Below are positions 61,294 to 64,000 of a stretch of 64,000 bases of DNA, piece by piece (position 1 is the first letter of the stretch; each line of letters starts with the position of its first letter). The stretch comes from Nitrospirota bacterium. Lineage in GTDB: Bacteria; Nitrospirota; UBA9217. A program made the position numbers and the translations under genes. The notes under the pieces were generated by a model. The model searched no databases. It had not been told where the DNA came from and saw nothing but the letters and a program-made list of their open reading frames with translations. Location: NCBI GenBank assembly GCA_963790205.1, contig CAWBNQ010000010.1, positions 1-64,000 on the forward strand. The letters run 5' to 3'.

Positions 61294-63711
61294 TTACTTA
61301 ACCTGCACCCAGTCGATCCAGACCTGGCCTTTGTTCCCGTGGGGATATCCGGGGCCTCCTGAAACGTTGAGCGCGCCGGTGTTCGACGTGCCTCCCGTCT
61401 CGCTCATGATGTCGATGGTGTATCCGTTGCCGCCGCTGCCGGTTGATCCGGCCCCGCCCGCGCAGGCGATGCTTCCGGTGTTCGTCACCTTGCCGCCGGC
61501 ATAGATCTGGACGGAGTCGCCACCGCCGCCAATGACTCCGCTACCACCCGAGGCATCTATGGGTCCGGAGTTGGTGATGTTCAGGCCTGATAGGATTCTG
61601 ATGCTATCGCCATTTGCACCGTCTCCGCCGCCGGTTGAGCTGCCCCCCCGCGCAATAAGAGAGCCGGTGTTGCTCACACCGTCATGGCCACTGATATATA
61701 TTCCTCCCGCAATGCCGCCGTCTCCGCTGCCGCCGGTGCCGCCTGACGTATCAAGCTTGCCGGTGTTGGTTATTGTCGATACACCGCCGGGGCCAAAATA
61801 AGCGTTAGTCCCTGTTTGCATACTGATACTGTCATAGTGGAATCCACCTCCGCCCGTACCGCCTGTAACATTCGAGTTTCCCCCCCTGGCCGTTATGTTT
61901 ATTTGATTGATGATGGGCCCCGGCGGCATTGGCGTACTGCCGTTACCGGGATAATCGTTGTAGGTAATGACCTTCATGCTCAAATATCCGTCACCTGTTG
62001 GCACACCACCGCCTATGTCGCCAAAGCCGCCCGAGAGGTTTGCGGATGCGTATCCAAGGAACTGGATGCCGGTATTGGATGCTTCGGCTCCGGATTTGGC
62101 CTGGTAGACGTACAATTTCCCCCCGCGTCCTCCTGTGCCGGTCTGGCTCGCTCCGCCGTTTAGGTACATATTGCCGGAGACCTGAATCGGCCTGACAGGC
62201 GTTGGCGAGCTGCCAGACCCGGCAGCATAGTCATAGGGAACGTAGTTTTGAAGGGTCAGTGTTCCGGCGATCCCGCCGTTATTAGCCCCCATTGAGTCGC
62301 CGCCATTAATGGAAATCTTGCCGCTCGTCCTGATGGCGCCGGAGGCGTACAGGGAAATATTCCACCCATTGCCTCCTGAGCCGCTGTTCGTGGCACTGCC
62401 TGCGTCAGCCGTGATGCTCCCCGAGTTCACGACGTCGCCTGAATACCCCGATTTCCCGGCATAGAGAAGGAACGTTCCGCCATCGCCGCCTCCCGTGGTA
62501 CCGTTCCCGCCTATCTGAGAAAGGGCCGCGGAATTATAGACGCTGCCGTAAAAGGACATGACCTGGAAAACCCCGACAAACCCGGATCCGCCGTTTCCGT
62601 TCTTACCTGTGCCCCCGTTTGCCGTGATGGGGCCTGTGTTGAACAGATCCGAATTGGCGATAATGGAGACTTCTGCGGGCTGACCGCCGGTTGCGCCGGT
62701 TCCGCCGTTCGAGATGAGTTTACCCGTGTTGATGATAACGCCGCCGAGGCCATAAGGTATGGGCCCGGTGCCTTGATCCGCGAGTATCTGGAGGTAAATA
62801 CCGGAGCCCGAGCTCACACCCGCGCTGCCGCCGTCAGCAGTGGAGTCGAAGCTGTTGCCCCCCGAATTGTCGATCGTGCCCTGGTTGATGAAGTAATTGC
62901 CGGCTGAGAGACTGATGTATCCGCCGTCGCCGCCCCGCTGGCCCGCAGATGCGCCGTTCAGCCCTTTGGTGATGATCGACCCGGTCGAGCGGACGAAGAT
63001 CTGCGTATTCGATGACAGGTTGAGGGCGCCCATGTCGCGGTCCGTGGAGGGTCCGAAATGGCGGGTGTCCGTGGAGCCGGAGGTCAAGAGGTCTTCTGTC
63101 TTGATCGTTCCCGCAATGTCCACATCATTTTGGAAATAAAGACAGGCCTCGTCCATACTCCCGTTGCTGTTCGTATCGTTATTAAGGCCAAGCGTGACCG
63201 TAACGCCCGCGTTCACCTTGAGGCCCGTGACATATGCTGCGGGGGGCGCAAAACCCGGCACCGGCACCGTCCCCGTGCCGGTGCTTATAAGTACACTACA
63301 GTCGCTGTCGCCCTGGATGAGATAGAGCGCGCCGCTCGCCAAGGTCTGCGAAGCGCCGCTGATTAATGCGGGGACGGTGGTATCAGCGGTTATGATCTCC
63401 CCGGCCGTACCGAGATCAGTCGGAGGGTTGTAGTTTGGTACGGTGAAGGTTGTCGAGGCGGCTCCGGCCTTCATGATCTTGACGCCTTGCTGCTGATACG
63501 TCTCCATGTACCAGTAGCCGCCATTCCCTCCTGTGCCGCCTGATCCGCCGACAGCGTTTATGGTCCACGATCCCGGAGAGCCGGTTTGCTCGGCCGTTGT
63601 TCCGCTCTCAAGGGGGGGAGTGCTGCTGTTACCACCGTTACCGCCGCTGCATGCTGTCAGCAGACCCGCTGACAGCAAAACAATTCCCCATAACCTGGTC
63701 AGCTTCTTCAT
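61294..63711 (-). CDS. Glycine-rich surface lipoprotein
   Basis: LTAC lipobox; repeated N.G.I.A.GG....GG.GG motifs. Confidence 0.85.
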   Translation of the reverse strand: MKKLTRLWGIVLLSAGLLTACSGGNGGNSSTPPLESGTTAEQTGSPGSWTINAVGGSGGTGGNGGYWYMETYQQQGVKIMKAGAASTTFTVPNYNPPTDLGTAGEIITADTTVPALISGASQTLASGALYLIQGDSDCSVLISTGTGTVPVPGFAPPAAYVTGLKVNAGVTVTLGLNNDTNSNGSMDEACLYFQNDVDIAGTIKTEDLLTSGSTDTRHFGPSTDRDMGALNLSSNTQIFVRSTGSIITKGLNGASAGQRGGDGGYISLSAGNYFINQGTIDNSGGNSFDSTADGGSAGVSSGSGIYLQILADQGTGPIPYGLGGVIINTGKLISNGGTGATGGQPAEVSIIANSDLFNTGPITANGGTGKNGNGGSGFVGVFQVMSFYGSVYNSAALSQIGGNGTTGGGDGGTFLLYAGKSGYSGDVVNSGSITADAGSATNSGSGGNGWNISLYASGAIRTSGKISINGGDSMGANNGGIAGTLTLQNYVPYDYAAGSGSSPTPVRPIQVSGNMYLNGGASQTGTGGRGGKLYVYQAKSGAEASNTGIQFLGYASANLSGGFGDIGGGVPTGDGYLSMKVITYNDYPGNGSTPMPPGPIINQINITARGGNSNVTGGTGGGGFHYDSISMQTGTNAYFGPGGVSTITNTGKLDTSGGTGGSGDGGIAGGIYISGHDGVSNTGSLIARGGSSTGGGDGANGDSIRILSGLNITNSGPIDASGGSGVIGGGGDSVQIYAGGKVTNTGSIACAGGAGSTGSGGNGYTIDIMSETGGTSNTGALNVSGGPGYPHGNKGQVWIDWVQVK

Positions 63712-63864
63712 ACGTCGTTTCCTCCTTTCAACAAAAAAAGTCGTGAAAAAAGCCTTTGTTCCCGTACGGCTGCGAAGACGCAATTCGTCATCGCACATAT
63801 TTTGGCATTATTGATTTGAATTAATTGATTAAATAGAAAAGCTGATCGTACCTGGATTTTCACT

Positions 63865-63942
63865 TCTCGGGTAGCTCGGCTATCTTAATAGTAAGACCCG
63901 CAGCTTTCCGTCGCCGTCTTACGACGGCTTTGGTTAAAAGTA
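63865..63942 (-). ncRNA. GEMM-I cyclic dinucleotide riboswitch (A20 variant, c-AMP-GMP type predicted)
   Basis: Minus strand reads ACCAAAGCCGTC-GTAA-GACGGC-GACGGAAAGCTGCGGGTCTT-ACTATT-AAGATAGCCGAGCTACC, matching the GEMM-I layout. Confidence 0.85.
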
Positions 63943-64000
63943 TAGCAAAGATTAATTGAACATTCCAACCTGAAAAGTATAATGCTGTTGGCAGTTTGTC

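Overview
GC-rich bacterial chromosome segment. Gene content suggests an anaerobe of Nitrospirota/Desulfobacterota type (inference, no marker gene present). (1) 1-10.1 kb: a putative integrative element encoding an XRE repressor, a CHC2/Toprim primase-helicase and two tandem Xer-like tyrosine recombinases, followed by three orphan Rhs core/toxin-tip/immunity cassettes. Two cassettes are fused at the identical nucleotide to a diverged ~120-bp leader, and XRE remnants follow two of the immunity genes. This fits an element that integrates into rhs cores and swaps toxin tips, and it is the best candidate for a novel system here. (2) 11.4-26.5 kb: a V/A-type ATP synthase operon (H-I-K-E-C-F-A//B-thioredoxin-like-D) split between A and B by ~5.4 kb of accessory genes lying between inverted repeat arms. 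(3) 26.8-33.7 kb: geranylgeranyl reductase, a 9-heme cytochrome c plus cytochrome b (split CbcL-like), UbiE/MenG and a B12 radical SAM enzyme. (4) Two near-identical ISL3 copies, a C39 peptidase/precursor pair, ogg, rhodanese, an NtrY-like kinase, a LysM protein, ald and an outer-membrane barrel. (5) 51-64 kb: a signal-peptide-bearing SpvB/FG-GAP/Rhs protein with a domain inserted in its core, a tail-collar protein, a T2SS pseudopilin, and a Gly-rich lipoprotein preceded by a GEMM-I riboswitch carrying the A20 (cGAMP-type) signature. Several conserved genes carry apparent indel frameshifts, probably assembly errors. All calls were made by eye; no database searches were run.
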